From Lytechinus pictus (lineage: Eukaryota), in contig NC_087250.1 in assembly GCF_037042905.1 (NCBI RefSeq), positions 7,504,001 to 7,568,000 of the forward strand: DNA of 64,000 nucleotides. The letters run 5' to 3'. The position numbers and the translations under genes are program-made. This document shows, one piece after another, positions 38,087-52,759 of this stretch. The notes beneath the pieces are model-generated. The model worked only from the letters and a program-made list of their open reading frames with translations, did not search any database and had not been told where the DNA came from. The stretch's first letter is position 1. The number at the start of each line of letters is the position of its first letter.

Positions 38087-38631
38087 GTAGGTCTATTCAA
38101 CCATTGTTCACACCTAGAGCCACATACTTATCTTGCCTCTGTCGCTGAGTGCAACTTCTAGATACATGTAGATGTCCCCAGTGGCGGATCCAAGGGGGGG
38201 TCACATAATTTATTGGGGGTCTTATAGGCCCCCACCCCTTGTCAGTCAGCCCTGGGGCCCATAGCAGGAAGAGTTATGTTTGAAGGCAACTCAAAAACTC
38301 AAGCAGAAGTCCTTATTGTACATGCGCATTTCATTGGTTGAAAGTCATGTTAAGATTTCTAATTTCAAGATAGCTTTGAAGTATAAATCCCGAGACTATT
38401 GCACTTCCTCTATGAAATTTCTTATAAATATAATGTCTCTTCGATGCGTACATACTTCCTGCATTGGATGTGTGTCGCACATTTTTTTTTTAAGGTTCAT
38501 GGTGACAATATTTTTTCCCCTGCTTTATTGTGATTCCTTTTGGGGGGGGGGGTCCACAAGATCAATATTGCCCAGTCCTAAGACAGTTCATACTTTGATG
38601 ACAATGTTGGCTGCCTGCGTTCTTCTTGTAG

Positions 38632-38808
38632 ATGAGAACGTCCCTCCCAGTCGTGAGCAGAGCGGGAAACCCCGGAAGCACAGCGAGCGCAAAGAGAACG
38701 GCAAACCAAAGGTTTTCCAACCCAAGGAAGATTACCTGGCCAGTCTGAGGACTCATCTGCTCAGTGTGGTATCCTCCAAGCCTCATTCCAAGGCTGACGT
38801 CAGATTAG
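38632..38808 (+). CDS. PLK1: PLK1 exon 8 (linker)
   Basis: AG/GT, phase 1-1, open frame joining exons 7 and 9. Confidence 0.88.
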
Positions 38809-40084
38809 GTGAGTAGTCACATACCGATGGATCAACCTCGAGTCAATTCTCCAAGGCCGGTCCACAGGGCGTCTTCCCAGTCAAATAGTCCCAGGAGATT
38901 TGTCTTGGACAGAGTCACATGTATAGCACGTATCATGCAATCATCTCTATGCACTTCCAAAGAACTTTGGAGATTTGTGGATCATGTGTTATCACCCTTG
39001 CTTTTGGCCAGCAAGGTTTTTTTTTAAGCGCACAATCATTTCCGATTCTGCTCTAGTCAATTCTACAAGGCCAGTCAACAGGGCATCTTTTAAGTCCAGA
39101 AGATTGTTTTAGTCTCAAAAGATTCATCTAATAGGCAGAGTCACATAGCGTATATCACACTGTCATCTAGCATCTGTATGCGCTTTCAAAGGAACTTTGT
39201 GTTATCACCCTGGCTTTAGCCCAGCAAGGTTTTTTTTAAAGCGCACAAGCATTATTTTCTGAATCTGCCTCAGTCAATTCTCCAAGACCAGTAAATGGGG
39301 CCATCCTCTATCAAAAACAAATAGATTTCTTTAGTCCAAAGAGACTTAACTTTTGTAGGCAGAATCACACTCTTAGTGCATATCACGCTGTCATGAGTAT
39401 GTGCTTCTGAAGAACTTTGGAGATACATGTATCACATTGGCTTTGGTCCGGCAAGGGTTTTTCTTTTCTTTGCAAAGTATTTCTTTTCAAGGAAATAAGA
39501 ATTCTAGCCAGGTCCCCATGTACACCCACCTAGATCAAATGCAGCACAATTTGGATCAGTTACTTCAATGCTGGAGGGAATCAAAGTCATGGCTGGATTC
39601 AAACTCATAACTCTTCCAAAGTGGTCATAGGCTCAATTTCCAGCCATGGTGTGTGTTCCTGCAGCAAGAAATTTACCCACATTGTGCTGCACTCGACCCA
39701 GGTGAGGTGAATGGGTACCTGACAGGATTAATTCCTGGAATGCACTGAGCACTGTTGATAGCTCGAGCGGAGGCCGAGACGAAAATAGTTGCTCTGTGTA
39801 TCTGGCAAAGAATGCTACAGGTGCCCGTTGCATAAAACTTTTGCCATAAAAAAACTCTGGCAAATTAACTAAAACTGTGGCAAACAAAATTATGCCATTG
39901 AAAATTACACATTAAAAAACTCTAGCAAAAATAATTTGATAAGAGTTTTTTATGGCAAAGTTTTATTCAACGGGTCCCCTGTTAACAGGTGTATATTATT
40001 CAGCCATTATCGTTATTTTCATAACTAGACTTCCACTATTAAATATCGGAAAACAACTACTAACACTATTTATTTCTGTTTTAG

Positions 40085-40238
40085 ATGAAGCTGAGGACCC
40101 CGCAGCAGTGCCAGTCCTTTGGGTCAGCAAATGGGTCGATTACTCTGACAAATATGGTCTAGGTTACCAGCTATGCGACGGCAGCGTTGGCGTTCTCTTC
40201 AACGACTCGACAAGACTTCTACTCCATGCCAATGCAGA
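40085..40238 (+). CDS. PLK1: PLK1 exon 9, polo box 1 ([18 protein letters not shown])
   Basis: Polo-box signature. Confidence 0.97.
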
Positions 40239-40879
40239 GTGAGTGTTATACAGATATCATATTGCCTTCCTAAAGGTTGAATATAATGTTGAATTTATGA
40301 AATTAATGGTCCATTGATAACTGCAAATCTTTTCATCTGATTGGACAGTTTCAATAAATCATTGTGTCACATTGGATAAGTTTTTTAAAATTCTTTTTTT
40401 AATTGGAGAATCTTTTTAGAATTCTTGTATTTGTTTGCATGAGAATAAAATTTGTCTTTGATTTTATTTTCACTGATTTCCCCAAATGCTTTGTAAAATA
40501 AAGTCCTCGGATCTGATTGGAGGAATTAAAATGTCCTTATCTTTGATTTGATAAATTTTTTTAAATCCTTGTGTGTGATTGGATGAGAATAAAATTTTCA
40601 TTTGATTTTCTGTTCACTGATCCGCCCCAAATACTTTGTGAATTAAATCCTTGAATCTGATTGGTTGAATTTATAACATCCTTGGATTTGATTGGATAAA
40701 AGCAATATTTGCCTTTGATTATATTTTCTCTGATAGATTTGTTAAACTGATAACTCCCAAAAAAAAAATTTAAGTCCATGAATATGATTGGATGAATTTT
40801 AAAAAATCTTTGTATCTTGAATGAGAAAGAGTAAAATTGTTTTACTGACAATTTTATTATTGACTTGCTTATCCTACAG

Positions 40880-41009
40880 CACATTGGAATACATAGATAG
40901 AGAAGGAAATGAGAAGTACTGTCGTCTTGGAGCTTACGACACCACGCTACACAAGAAAGTTACCCTACTGAAATACTTTAGGAACTACATGAGTGAGCAT
41001 CTACTCAAG
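40880..41009 (+). CDS. PLK1: PLK1 exon 10 ([19 protein letters not shown])
   Basis: Conserved PLK1 motif. Confidence 0.96.
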
Positions 41010-41227
41010 GTGAGATATTTAATTCAATCATTCATTCATCCATTTACATTTTGATGAAATAGAATAATGATACAATCATATAATATGTCCAGTTAAATTT
41101 TTTAACAATAGACATATGTCTGAACATGCTGTTTTGCCGACTTTAAAAAAATGGGGAGCAAATAATGATGCGATACAGGTAAATTATTCTGTTGTTGATT
41201 AATCAAATCTTTCTTTGTTTGTCGTAG

Positions 41228-41344
41228 GCTGGTGCCGCCATGACACCCCGTGAATCAGATAGCATGGCTAGACTACCATTCCTACAGAGCTGGTTTAGGA
41301 CAAAGAGCGCTATTGTTCTTCATCTTAGCAATGGAACTCTACAG
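41228..41344 (+). CDS. PLK1: PLK1 exon 11, polo box 2 ([25 protein letters not shown])
   Basis: Polo box 2 motif; AG/GT. Confidence 0.96.
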
Positions 41345-41930
41345 GTATGATACTTTCTTTCCTATTAAAAGCATTGGTTTAAGGTGTACTGTGTGCTGAA
41401 AATAATTACATCTAAATAAAAGAGTAAAATTCACAGAGCGAAATGCTGAAAATTTCATCAAAATCTAATTTGAAAATAGCGAAGTTATTGAATTTTAAAG
41501 TTAAGAAATTTTTGTGAAAACATTTACATGTACATGCACACTGTCATGAATATTCATTAGGTCATGTCCTCGCTTTCCCTTTTCTTGTGTTATTACATGA
41601 AATCATGTTAACTTCTATTTGATATTTTCATATATGTGTGTATGAAATGTTTTCCTTGTAACAAAATAAGTCGCAGCAACGAATATCTTATCCATTAACT
41701 CAGTTGTTAATCCACATATTTTTCATTCTTGGTGGACAAAATTTGAATAAGTGTAATATAATTATAATGAAATACCCCAAAAATAAGTGGGGATATGACA
41801 TCATCAGCTTGCTCATTGCATATTGATATAGTGACATCAGAATAAAGGCGCAACTTGTGTGCATGTATCATGAAATTCACAAATTGACTAGTTATTTTTG
41901 TTAATACACTGTATTGTTTTTAAATTTCAG

Positions 41931-42143
41931 ATCAACTTCTTTGACGATCATACCAAGCTGATAGTATGTCCATTGATGGGAGCTGCCACCTACATTGACA
42001 CCAAGAGAAACTTCCGCACTTTCCACCTAAATCTGATCGAGAAACACGGCTGCACGTACGACCTCTATGAAAGGCTCAAATACGCTGACAGTATGGTCAA
42101 GAGCATGATCGACAAGAAAACATCTGCCGTCAAGGCCAACTAG
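41931..42143 (+). CDS. PLK1: PLK1 exon 12 (INFFDDHTKLIVCP...AVKAN*)
   Basis: HTK phospho-pincer motif; TAG stop; total CDS 1740 nt. Confidence 0.96.
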   Translation: MNFFDDHTKLIVCPLMGAATYIDTKRNFRTFHLNLIEKHGCTYDLYERLKYADSMVKSMIDKKTSAVKAN

Positions 42144-44250
42144 TAAATATGACAGGCTAAAATCTGTTAAGAACATGATCGAAAAGAAATGGTCTGCCGC
42201 AAAAAGAAGCTATCAAACTATGACAGGCTCAAATACGTCAAGAACATGATTTTAAAGAAATCATCTGGTGTTGTGGCATATTACATACCGATGGGGGCGT
42301 TAGTTTTTGCTATTGCCCTGCTCGAAAAGTAATTGGTTTATAAAACAAATATTGACTGGTCACTTGGAAATATTGGGCCTATAGTCTCATCTTCTCAAGA
42401 TCACCATTTAAGAGCGATAATTTGTACTATTGTTCTCATGAGCAGTCAATATTTGTATACTAGTAAACCTGTTAGAACAGAGTGGTTCCCATCTCTGCCC
42501 ACTTTGACTAAAAGAAGTAAGAAGACCACTTTAGGGCAATAATTTTTACTATTGCCCTCATGAGCAGTCAGTATTTGTATACCAGTGAACCTGTTAGAGC
42601 AGAGTGGTATCCACTGCTGCCCACTTTGACTGAAGGAAGCAGAGAAGTGTAATTTTTCCTGCATTACTATTTCAACAGATTGTATTTTGATATGCAGGAT
42701 AATTCACTTCCATGACATCCTTTATAATATCTTGACGAGCCAAAGATATCGCTGTCCACTGCTGGTGATGAAACGCTCATTGAATTTTGATTCTTTCATG
42801 TATCTATTGTAAATAAAACAAATAATGTACAGTATGTATATATATATCTTATGTTATTCAATGTTCCCCTGTGGTTCAGTATCGTACGTTTTTAACACAG
42901 AATCAATCTTATATCAAAATCTATATGACGACTAACTCTCTAAAAAGCTTGAAGCTCATACGGTAAGCAGTTCTAGTTTTGCATCATTTTATTATTTGAA
43001 ATGGTCTGCAAAGTGAACAAATGTAGTATATTTTAGTTCTGTGAGGATACAATGTGAGGGAGCCTTTTCTATTTTATCTTCCACATGCATGGTTATGCAT
43101 TTGAATGGAATCCGAAGTAGAGTTTGCGCACAAGTCCTCTACATGTATGTTCTGGAATTTGTGTCCAAACTTTGGGAGAGGGTATCTTTTTAGTCGATTG
43201 GGCTTGTGACGAAGTGCCCCTTGTATTCTATCTCAACTTCTTTTTTGTGTAAAGTTGCTTCATGTTCTTTCATTGTTTAGTTATAGAATCATGTTCTTTT
43301 GTTGATTTTTTTTTCTTTCAGAATTAATTATATTTGTTTGGTCTTCTATTTTAAAAAGCAACTTTCTCTTAACTGTGCCCTGGCCCGAGTTGAAGCAAAA
43401 ATAAAACTTTTTTTTTTTTAATGTTAGATTAATGAAATAGAGTAGCTAAATACACATACCTGCCACTCTGCCAGTGGCAAAATTGCTATGACATCACTAC
43501 CATTCGGAAACCAATTTGCTTTTATTCCAACAAGGAGGCTTGCGATTTCCTGGAATTTCTAATTTTTTTAATTTTGTACTATTCAGAACTTTGAGAACTG
43601 AGAGGTTGGAATATTCTTATCAAAATGCCATTTCAAATTCTTTTCCGAAAGTCGGATCGTATAGTGTGAGCGGGGCTTTACAACATCTTGAGAGTTTTTC
43701 AGAAAGAATATGGACAGTGGTTTTACCTACAAATTTGCTCTTAGCCAATCAGATGCAAGGATTTCAGTAGCTTATAACAAATAGTCACTGAAAATCATTG
43801 ACTATTTCTTTCGTGAAATGCCCTCCCCTTGACCCTTCTGATTGGTCAGGTTATAGGGTCTGCAAGAAATCAACTCATAACCTTGTCCTCTGCACTTTTG
43901 CCATGATTCGGTCAGTCCAGAGGCCTGTATCATAAAGAATTCATGGCAACGTGGCTCAATCGGTAGCCGATCACAAACAAGTTTACCGTGGTAGTTGGCA
44001 ATCTTACCATAGTTGTATAACTCTTAATGAAATGGGCCACTGATTTAGAGCATTGATTCGATGCAATGCATAAGGAGAAGCCTTGTTCTCCGTAGCTTTC
44101 TGTAATTATACCCTTTATACTCCTTGCCATGTAAAATAACTTGTACTAGGTCAAAGTTTATTGTACTTTGTAACATCTAAGGTTTACCAAGCGTGTATTC
44201 ATGGTCATCGGGGATATTCCTAAGATTAACATTTGCTACGCTAGTATCAG

Positions 44251-44409
44251 GTGGGTGTTTCATAAAGCTGTTCGTAAGTTAAGAACGACTGGTGATCCTT
44301 TCTTGTGGTAAATGGTATGTTCATTGGCGATGGTTAAGCGCCTAAGAAAGGTTCACCAGTCGTTCTTAACGTCGCTCTTAACTTACGAACAGCTTTATGA
44401 AACACCCAC
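44251..44409. mobile_element. MITE family C (GTGGGTGTTTCATAAAGCTGTTCGTAAG TIR); others at ~552-745, ~5583-5704, ~56749-56917
   Basis: Palindromic element with a CAG direct repeat at both flanks. Confidence 0.75.
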
Positions 44410-44638
44410 CAGGACTTTACAATAGAGGTGGATGGGGGGCATTTTCCCCTTTTGAAAAGTGAATTCCACCAACAAAGTCCCATGTAATTTGCAATCGGTC
44501 GACATTTTTTTATGGCTTGGAATTTTTTGGATAATCTTAGGACTTTGTATCATAGCAGAACGGTACTTTGTATATAAAATACAGTGTTCATGAAGACGTA
44601 GTATTGACTTTATTCTGATTTAAGGTTTATAATAATGA

Positions 44639-44740
44639 AATAAAATCTTCTTGTATTTAAAATTTTGTTTCCTGGGTTTTTTGTCTGTTTTTGTTTTTAT
44701 TTTATTTTGTTTGGTTTTTTTTTTGTTTTTTTTTTGCTGT
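44639..44740 (+). terminator. Candidate PLK1 poly(A) signal and downstream GU/U-rich element
   Basis: AATAAA at 44639 followed by a long T/GT-rich tract; an earlier AATAAA lies at ~42812. Confidence 0.45.
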
Positions 44741-45585
44741 TTTTAACAAGAATAACATGCTTCATCTCCTTTGCTTTTGTCTCATCTTATCTTACATGGT
44801 CTAATTGCCACTAAGCCAATTTAACTTATTTCCAATAAGGATATCTACATGTATTTTGTCTCAATGTATTTAAGATGGTCTTATTCCACTTAACCACTTT
44901 AGGAAACCGGTTCAAAAGATTGCTTTGCTAACATCTACATCACCATCTTTACTGGTTTTCAGAGTAGCGCACCAAACATGTGGGGGGATTGCTTTCCGAA
45001 GAACGGTTGTGTCCTCACCTTCGTTTAAAAACTACTTTAACTATGCAAAGCGGTCTTGGCAACCACACCGCGGGTGGTTTTCTAAACTGGTCTGAAGATC
45101 GCTTCCAAGACCGCTTTGAGCATTCTCATTACATGTTTCCACTAAACTAGTTTAAAGATCGTTACAAGAACGGGGTCTTATATACCCTCTTCTTGCCAAA
45201 GCATCTTTTACAATATACAGGCAACTTTGCCTACGGGGAATCTACTGGGACCAAATGAATATGTAGATTTAAAAGATAATCAAATTAGCTAATATGAATA
45301 TCCTCTACATCTACAGATTTATTTGGTCCCAGTAGATTCCACTTAGGCAAAGTTACCTGTATATTGTCAAAGATGCATCGGCATTTGAAAGCAACAATTC
45401 TACATAATTTTGTGGATCCTTGGAACGACAGCGGTGCACAAAATTTACTGGACCCCACCAGAAATGAACATAATTAAAATGTTCAAGTTCTACCATGTTA
45501 TAGATATATAATTGTGAAGTCAGGTAATAATATATTACATTCAATAAAGTTTGTTTCTCTGGGCTCGCTAAACATTGTAGAGTTG

Positions 45586-45887
45586 GGCCCGTATTCTAAA
45601 GTCGGGTTTGACTTAAACTCGGGTTTAAAGTTGTGGTATGGATAGCCACTTGCATAATTCACTAACAGTAGAGATATCATATTTCATCTCATTTGGCTCT
45701 CAAATCATTCATAATTGTCTAGGAAGTATAAATAGATGATTGTCTTCACCATCGTCGAATCAGAAAAGAGCACAGTTAACATAAGAAACATACAACTTAA
45801 GAAAAATTTTGACACCTTTGGCTTCCCATAATTTTAGCACAGAGTTAGACCATGGTCTAAGTTAAACCTGACTTCGGAATACGGGCC
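45586..45887. mobile_element. Harbinger-like MITE family A
   Basis: Same TIR; 3-bp TSD TTG. Confidence 0.8.
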
Positions 45888-48800
45888 TTGTTGTCGACAT
45901 GAAGGAGTGCATTTTATGGTAGGGTTCACTAACTTTTGAGCACAGCTGTACATGCAGCAAAGCAAGAATGCACAAAAATTTGAAAAGGAAAGAAATACAA
46001 AAACACAGCTTTCACGATTTTACCAAACATGGAAGTCATTAGATTTTAATGTCTCTGTACAAATAAAGTAAAAGAACCGAAAAGCGGCTCGTAGAAAAAC
46101 AAAACGAGAGTGTAATATTCACAACCTGTTATCTATGTACAGAGAAGAGTAGAAAAGGGGTAAAAGGATTATATACAAATATATGCATTATATACAAGTG
46201 AGCTCTGTTCACATTCAGAGCAGGAAACGCACAAAAGATACAGTGTGTGAGTATGCTTAGCTAGTAATATCTGTGTTTGTCTGAACACACAGAAGCGTTC
46301 ACACACACACACAAATCTTAGATTAATCTGAAAGCTTTTCAGATTCACCTGATCGGGGTAACATATGAAATGAAAAAAAAGATAAAACTTGAATGGCATT
46401 TTAAAAAACAATTAAAGTCGTTCAACCCAGGTTTCAAGTCTTGTCTGTGGACAGGCCCAAATAATCACAACCACCGCAAATAGTGGGGATTATTGTAGTA
46501 GTCACAATCCCTCTCACTGGAATAACCAAGTGACCCCCACATGGCATAATAGAATAACCTTGACTAAGAGGAACATTTACCACACGTGCCAACTTTTCAA
46601 AATGAAAAATCTTACTGAAACAACCAAAAAATCTTAATTTGAGGCAATTACAAAATAAAAGTATACTGCATATACTTTTTAAAATCTGAATTTCGCTTTC
46701 ATTTTCCTCTAGTGAAAGAAAAAAAAATCTTACTAAATCTGATAAAATGTTAATGGTTGGCAGGTTTGCTTTACTAATACAGACAACTTTCACAAACTTT
46801 TTGACACATGAATGGCACAGTTACAATCAATGTCAATCAAAATTCCTTTCACAGATCTGAGCCATTCTTCACAACGATTTGTGAATCCCAATCCCAAATC
46901 AACTTCCTTTCTCTGATTTCGGCGTAAATTAAACAAATCCTGTGAAATCTTTGGGAGGGAGGAGGGGGGGGGCTGCCATTACAAAGTAAACAAAATGCTC
47001 TTACAGAGACTTTCAAAGTGGGCCCTAAAAAAGTACGGTAAAAATAATCCTCAGAACTCAGATCATCTGACAGTTTATTGTCACTTTGCTTCCCCCTTCC
47101 TACATGTAAATAATGCTTCAAATATTTGATTTTCATAATAGTGTGTAATTCATTCCCTTTACTAATACCAGGCTTTTGAAAAGTACACAATTTTCCCCCG
47201 ATTTCTTCACTTTTCATTTAGGTACATTTGTGTACAGTACGAGCCGTGTCCACCTTGTAAATGGCAGTGCCCCCCCCCCCCCCCCCCCCGGATCCCAAGT
47301 GATATTTCTGACAAGTCACAGTCAGACTGCAGGTCCGAAGAAAGTGGCTTCTTTCATCCAAGTGATATTCATGACTTGAGATGTTTTGCATATTTAATGA
47401 GCTTGATGCGGACCAAAACACCTCTTTTCATTCGGTCATTGCTGCTCTAATTGCACATCGAATTTCATGAATTTGGTACCATTGTAAAGAGGAAGAATCA
47501 TTCTTTCAGGTCATGTGTTTGGATTTATTCAAAGATTTTGTAATGTAGGTTAAAATTTTGATCTAAAATATGCTACAAAATAAATATTTTCACCTGACAA
47601 AAGCTGCTATTTTCACACTTTATTTTTGTTTGAGCCCAAATGATTTTTATATCATTATAAAGCTGAATATGTATGCTTTGAAATGATATAGGTTTCAAAA
47701 TAAGAATTGGTTTAATCGGGTCAAGATCACACTTTTCATTTGCCAAGTACATAAAGCAGTTTGAAAACAAGAATACTGCACTCTGATTGGTCAAAGAGAC
47801 CACACAATGGCAAATTCCAACGGTCCCAGTGCCTGGGTTCGTGGGAAGGTCGCACTTCCCATGTGGTAATCTCCTCAAATACCCCGCGCCTGTAGTTCTG
47901 TGAACCTTATCCAGCCAATCAGAACTCTGGATTTCATGCAAGTACAAAATTTCAGAAATCTCGTCTTGTACCTTGGTGGGAAAAGTGTGATCTTGACCCG
48001 ATTAAAAGGTGCCGCATATCAAGAGTGGCATTGTGAGAAAGTACAGAAATTCAGCTTTATGGTGATAGAGATATTATTGAGGCTCAAAATAAAAAGTTTT
48101 GCACAATTTGCAAAAGAAAACAGGGGAAGAAAATTCAGTTTTGAGGCACATTTTCGGGCCAGAAATTTACTTATTTAACAAAATATTGTATACAAAATAA
48201 ATGACCAATATGAAAGAGTAACTTTTACTCTATCTGATAGTGCAATAATATTTCATTTAACTTGAGGTTAAAACAGGTAAATTATTAGAGAAAGAAAATC
48301 TCACGAATCACGAGATTTTGCAAGGAGGAGGATTCAGCCACGAGATGATTTGGATGAATCTGGCCTTTTTGCTCATTAGCATAGGGACCTGCGGTCTGAC
48401 TGGTCATGGTCAATTGACACAGCGTTGCAGATTGTCATTAGAACCAGAAGTCAGAGACAGAAAATTTCATGAAGGTCCCACATACATGGGATTGAACGTA
48501 CATATTTCATGGAATTGCCCAATAGTACAAAAAAATTTCATGCCCTATCTCTCCATCCAAAAATGAAAATACGAACATCTCCATATGAATGGACAGTACG
48601 ACAATACGCCAGACGGTGGCCTGTACTTATAGAGAAGAAGAAAAAGAAGAAGAACAAGTTTAATAGTACTATAAAACAGCTCAACAACACATTGCTTATG
48701 TTACTATTTATGCCCGAATCGCCAAAAACATGTAGCGACTTCTGTTATTCAGCACATAATTTCCTAACGGTAAACTCTGCATTAATTGAATCTCTTAGAA

Positions 48801-49522
48801 ACCTAAATAAAACTTGTCAATACTTATGGTGCTTGTAGATACTATCACCATTTGCAATAGAATGCGATTTCAGTCACCAGACGTGATCATTAATGTGTCA
48901 TTCAAACTGAGTCACCATTGGCAATGTATTGCAACAGGCAACCACTAACATGTCATTCAGACGTTACCTACTGAAGCTTTAAAGACAAATGCCATCGACT
49001 TGACGAAATGGTAAGATATTTTAGCTTGCCATGTTGATATACTAGCGTTATGTCGTCATGGCGAGATACGCTACACGGCAAAGTCGACTATTAAAAAGTA
49101 GTATAAACATGGCGGGACATGTGGTGGACGTATCTTGCCATGTCAACATATAAAATGTCAACTTGGCAAGATGACATATCTCGCCATGTCGACATGCTAT
49201 TATGTTGACGTGGCAAGCTAAAATATCTTATCATTTTGTCAAATCGATGGCCCTTGAAACCATCCATAGCAATCACCCCTTACGATACATGTAGGTATTA
49301 GGTTTGATGCTCATCATCTGCATTGTGACATATCTTGATGAATGAATGCATCACAATTTTTTTTTTACATTTTTCGGAGCTACTACTACCTTACTACTGC
49401 CTAAATCTGCTATATTGAATAAGCTTTACCATGGCAGTGAATGAAGAATTTCCAAGGCTCTATTTTTTTTTTTTTGCAGGGCTCTTTTAAGCATTTCAGA
49501 AGCGAAATCACCCAGAGTCCCT

Positions 49523-49842
49523 GGCCGTACTCTGAACTCGGGTTTAAATCAAACCTTCATTTAAAGTTGCGGTTTAACTACAAAGAGCCAATTGGGGCAC
49601 AAATCCCTAACAGTACACATCCAATTTATAACTCATATGAAACCCAAATTATTAATAATTGTCTGGGAATGATAACTGAATTATTTTGAAGTATTTTTCC
49701 TCACTATGAAAGCAAAAGGAAACAAAACAGTAAACATAAGAAATATACAATATAAAAAGAAATTCTGAACTTTTGGCTCCCCATAATTTTAACAAAGAGT
49801 TAGACCGTAGTCTAAGTTAAACCTGTCTTCAGAATGCGGGCC
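49523..49842. mobile_element. Harbinger-like MITE family A
   Basis: Homologous to the 6689 copy, inverted. Confidence 0.75.
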
Positions 49843-49910
49843 CAGGTGTCATTTGGTTCACTGGATTGGACGTACATACCCTATAGAATAGCCAAGTGGA
49901 GAATCACCAT

Positions 49911-50066
49911 GGGCCTGTTTGCATAAAACTTTTTACCTGAGAAAACTCTGGTAAAAACTGAAAACTAAGGTTAGTCTGATTTCTGCTATTGACTTTAACA
50001 CAGGGCAAAAACTCTGGTAAAAACAACCTGAGTTTTCTCAGGTAAAAAGTATTATGCAACGGGCCC
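49911..50066. mobile_element. Short palindromic MITE, TSD CAT; relative at ~39820-39980
   Basis: GGGCC ends and inverted arms. Confidence 0.7.
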
Positions 50067-51432
50067 CATATATATCTTAAATATAAGAGTATGATAGAGT
50101 AGATTTTTATAATTGAAATAAATAAACTTATTTGCTACATAAGTGGATATTATGGCAAGGCAGTTTTGTTTTTTGTTTTAAACATACACTACACACCAGT
50201 GTGTACAAAAGACTTTGCATAACAGTGACATACATGTACATGTACTATGGAAAAAAAATTACATCCTGTACAAATGGCCCTGAGATACACAATACTACTT
50301 TAAAAAATAATAAATAATAAGGATTGGATTCAACTATCTATGCTCTTTCTTTATTTTGACTGATAATTTATCTAGAAAGATGGTGCCATAGAAAAGGCTA
50401 TTATCATTATTGTGCATTTTAACTCTTTGCCTGCTTTGTTCGACTAGAGTCACATACAGGGGGCTGCCAACTTCGACTCAAGTCATTCACAATACACACA
50501 GAGTGTATTAAGTCCATACACACATACACAATAGTAATGGTGTATGGCATTGTACTGTGTACACACAAAGCTTTTCTTTACAATAAACCAATCAAAAGCT
50601 ACTGTGAGCTGTATTAGCATAGTGTAATGTGGCACAGGAATGATTCTGTCCATGGTGGGCAACGAGTTAATGAAAATTATAAGAAACATCACTGTTGCCA
50701 ATTTGAAGAGAATCAAGTGATTTCCTCTCCGTAACAAAATGGGGTTTCTTATTTTGGAATGTAAATAAAATCACAACACAATGCTTCAGACACTGCATCC
50801 ATTGCAAATCACTGCAAAAAAACTTCAATTTCAGTGAAAAACAAGTAAAATGCCATCTGCTCATATTCCCCTTCTTTCTAGAGGAAAGGACATAACCTAC
50901 AGCCCCCCCCCCAAAAAAAAAAAAAAAAAAAAAAAAATCATTCCTGTGAAAAACAAAAATAAAATGTCATCTGATCATATTCCACTTCTTTGAAAATAAA
51001 ACACTTTCTACCGCAACCCCCCCCCCACCATTCCCCTAAAATAAATAAAGGTTTTTAAAAATCATTAATAAGGACAGGGATTGATTACATAATCATTTTC
51101 ATAGCATATACCCCAATGGTACTTGATAAAACCTGAAACAACAAAAAAATAAATGAATAACACAATTCCTCCAAAAGAACTGAAGAATATATAAGAATGC
51201 AGAAATCAATAAACAACCAATAATATAAATGTATGTGGAGTTATCTGGCAGTTCTTGTTCCTCTAGCTAATTCAAAATCTGAAATGAAAGCTGCCTCCCT
51301 CCCTCTCTCTTCTCTTTTTCGTAGAAAATGTCACTTTTCACACTGCTTTCTTTTGATACTGTAAAGCAAAAATAGTTGACGCTTTATTCTGCTCTTTCAA
51401 AAGAAACAACACTTTTATGACTTGCAATCTTT

Positions 51433-51742
51433 CAGGGTTCCCACAGAAATTTGAAAACAGAATTCCATGACTTTTCCATGACTAAATTGCTGCTTTCCAT
51501 GACGTCCCAGTGGGTATGTAGAATTTGGGATGTCACAAACTGGGAAAAATGGAAATCATGAACACCAATTATAATAGCAGAGTATGATCACAGAGTATGA
51601 GAGTTGCGCGACACGACAAACTGGAAAGCTGCCATAGCCAAGAGGTGAATGAAATTCCATGACTTTTCACAAATTTACCAAATTCCCCGACTTTCCATGA
51701 CCAAAAAATTTTCCAGGATTTTCCGTGACTGTGGGAACCCTG
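51433..51742. mobile_element. hAT-like MITE in the USP 3' UTR region
   Basis: TIR CAGGGTTCCCACAG; subterminal TTCCATGAC repeats. Confidence 0.7.
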
Positions 51743-51907
51743 TTTTTCTTTGGACAAATCCACTCTGCTCTTACAAAAGAAATGCAACTCTTTTTTTACT
51801 TGCTTGTTATGCAAAAAAGTTGACAAATAACTTCTGCTCTTTCAAAAGAATTACATTTGTTACTTGCGTGCGACCTTTTGCTATCATTCATCAGAACAGT
51901 TATTCCC

Positions 51908-52119
51908 TTAGAGGGTGATTCTCCTCCGCTTCACTTTGCCAGCATCGCTCTCATCCATCGACGTCTGCTCCTGCTCCGCTTCCTCTTCTTCCTTGCCTGG
52001 CGTGGTTGCCGTGGCGACATTCGTCCTCTTGGTGTAGAAGAGAATGTAGGCCTGGCACGCCGTCACGTCCTCGACCGAACATAGCTCCAGTCTCGCGTCG
52101 TTACAGTGAACCCAGAAAC
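51908..52119 (-). CDS. USP44: USP44/49-like last exon (GFWVHCNDA...QAYILFY...*)
   Basis: WxxxND and AYILFY motifs; TAA stop. Confidence 0.9.
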
Positions 52120-52678
52120 CTACAGAGGAAGCCAATTCAAGTTTCATTAAATTTATCCGAGTAGCATATACATGTACACCAGGGCCCCTGTCTTACAAAG
52201 AGTTGCGATTGATCCAATCAACCACAACTATGGACGGCCAGCAACGTCAACATCTATTATGCACATTTATTCAAAATAATTTCTAACTATGAGGTATATT
52301 CATACGTTCATTGTTTTCTTTAAAATTCAGTGTCGACCTCTTTGCTTTCAAAGGACAAAGAGCAAATTTCCTTAAGATAAAGTATGACATTGATGGATTT
52401 CCATATACTTGTGATTGATCGGATCAATCATAACTCTTTGTAAGACCAGGGCCCAGGTAGTCTGGGTACAAACCCTATAAGAAATCATTAATTCAGTCGT
52501 CATGGGTTAAAAATCTGTGTCGCTTTGCCCTAAAATAGCTATTTTATGAGGTAATGCCTTTGAACATAATATAATAAATCGGATGAATTGTATATCTGTA
52601 CCATGTACCATGTTTGTATTATAAAAGTTTAATTGTTCTATTAATGAGATTTTATTTCTGTTTCTTCTTTATATTTAC

Positions 52679-52725
52679 CTCCTTCTTGGTTCCATGAATA
52701 CGCCGTGTAGTGACCAGATCCAAAA
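52679..52725 (-). CDS. USP44: USP44/49-like exon (FGSGHYTAYSWNQEG)
   Basis: Catalytic His in GHY; 47-nt exon in phase. Confidence 0.9.
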
Positions 52726-52759
52726 CTACGTATCAAGGAATAAAAGATAGAAAATAGGA

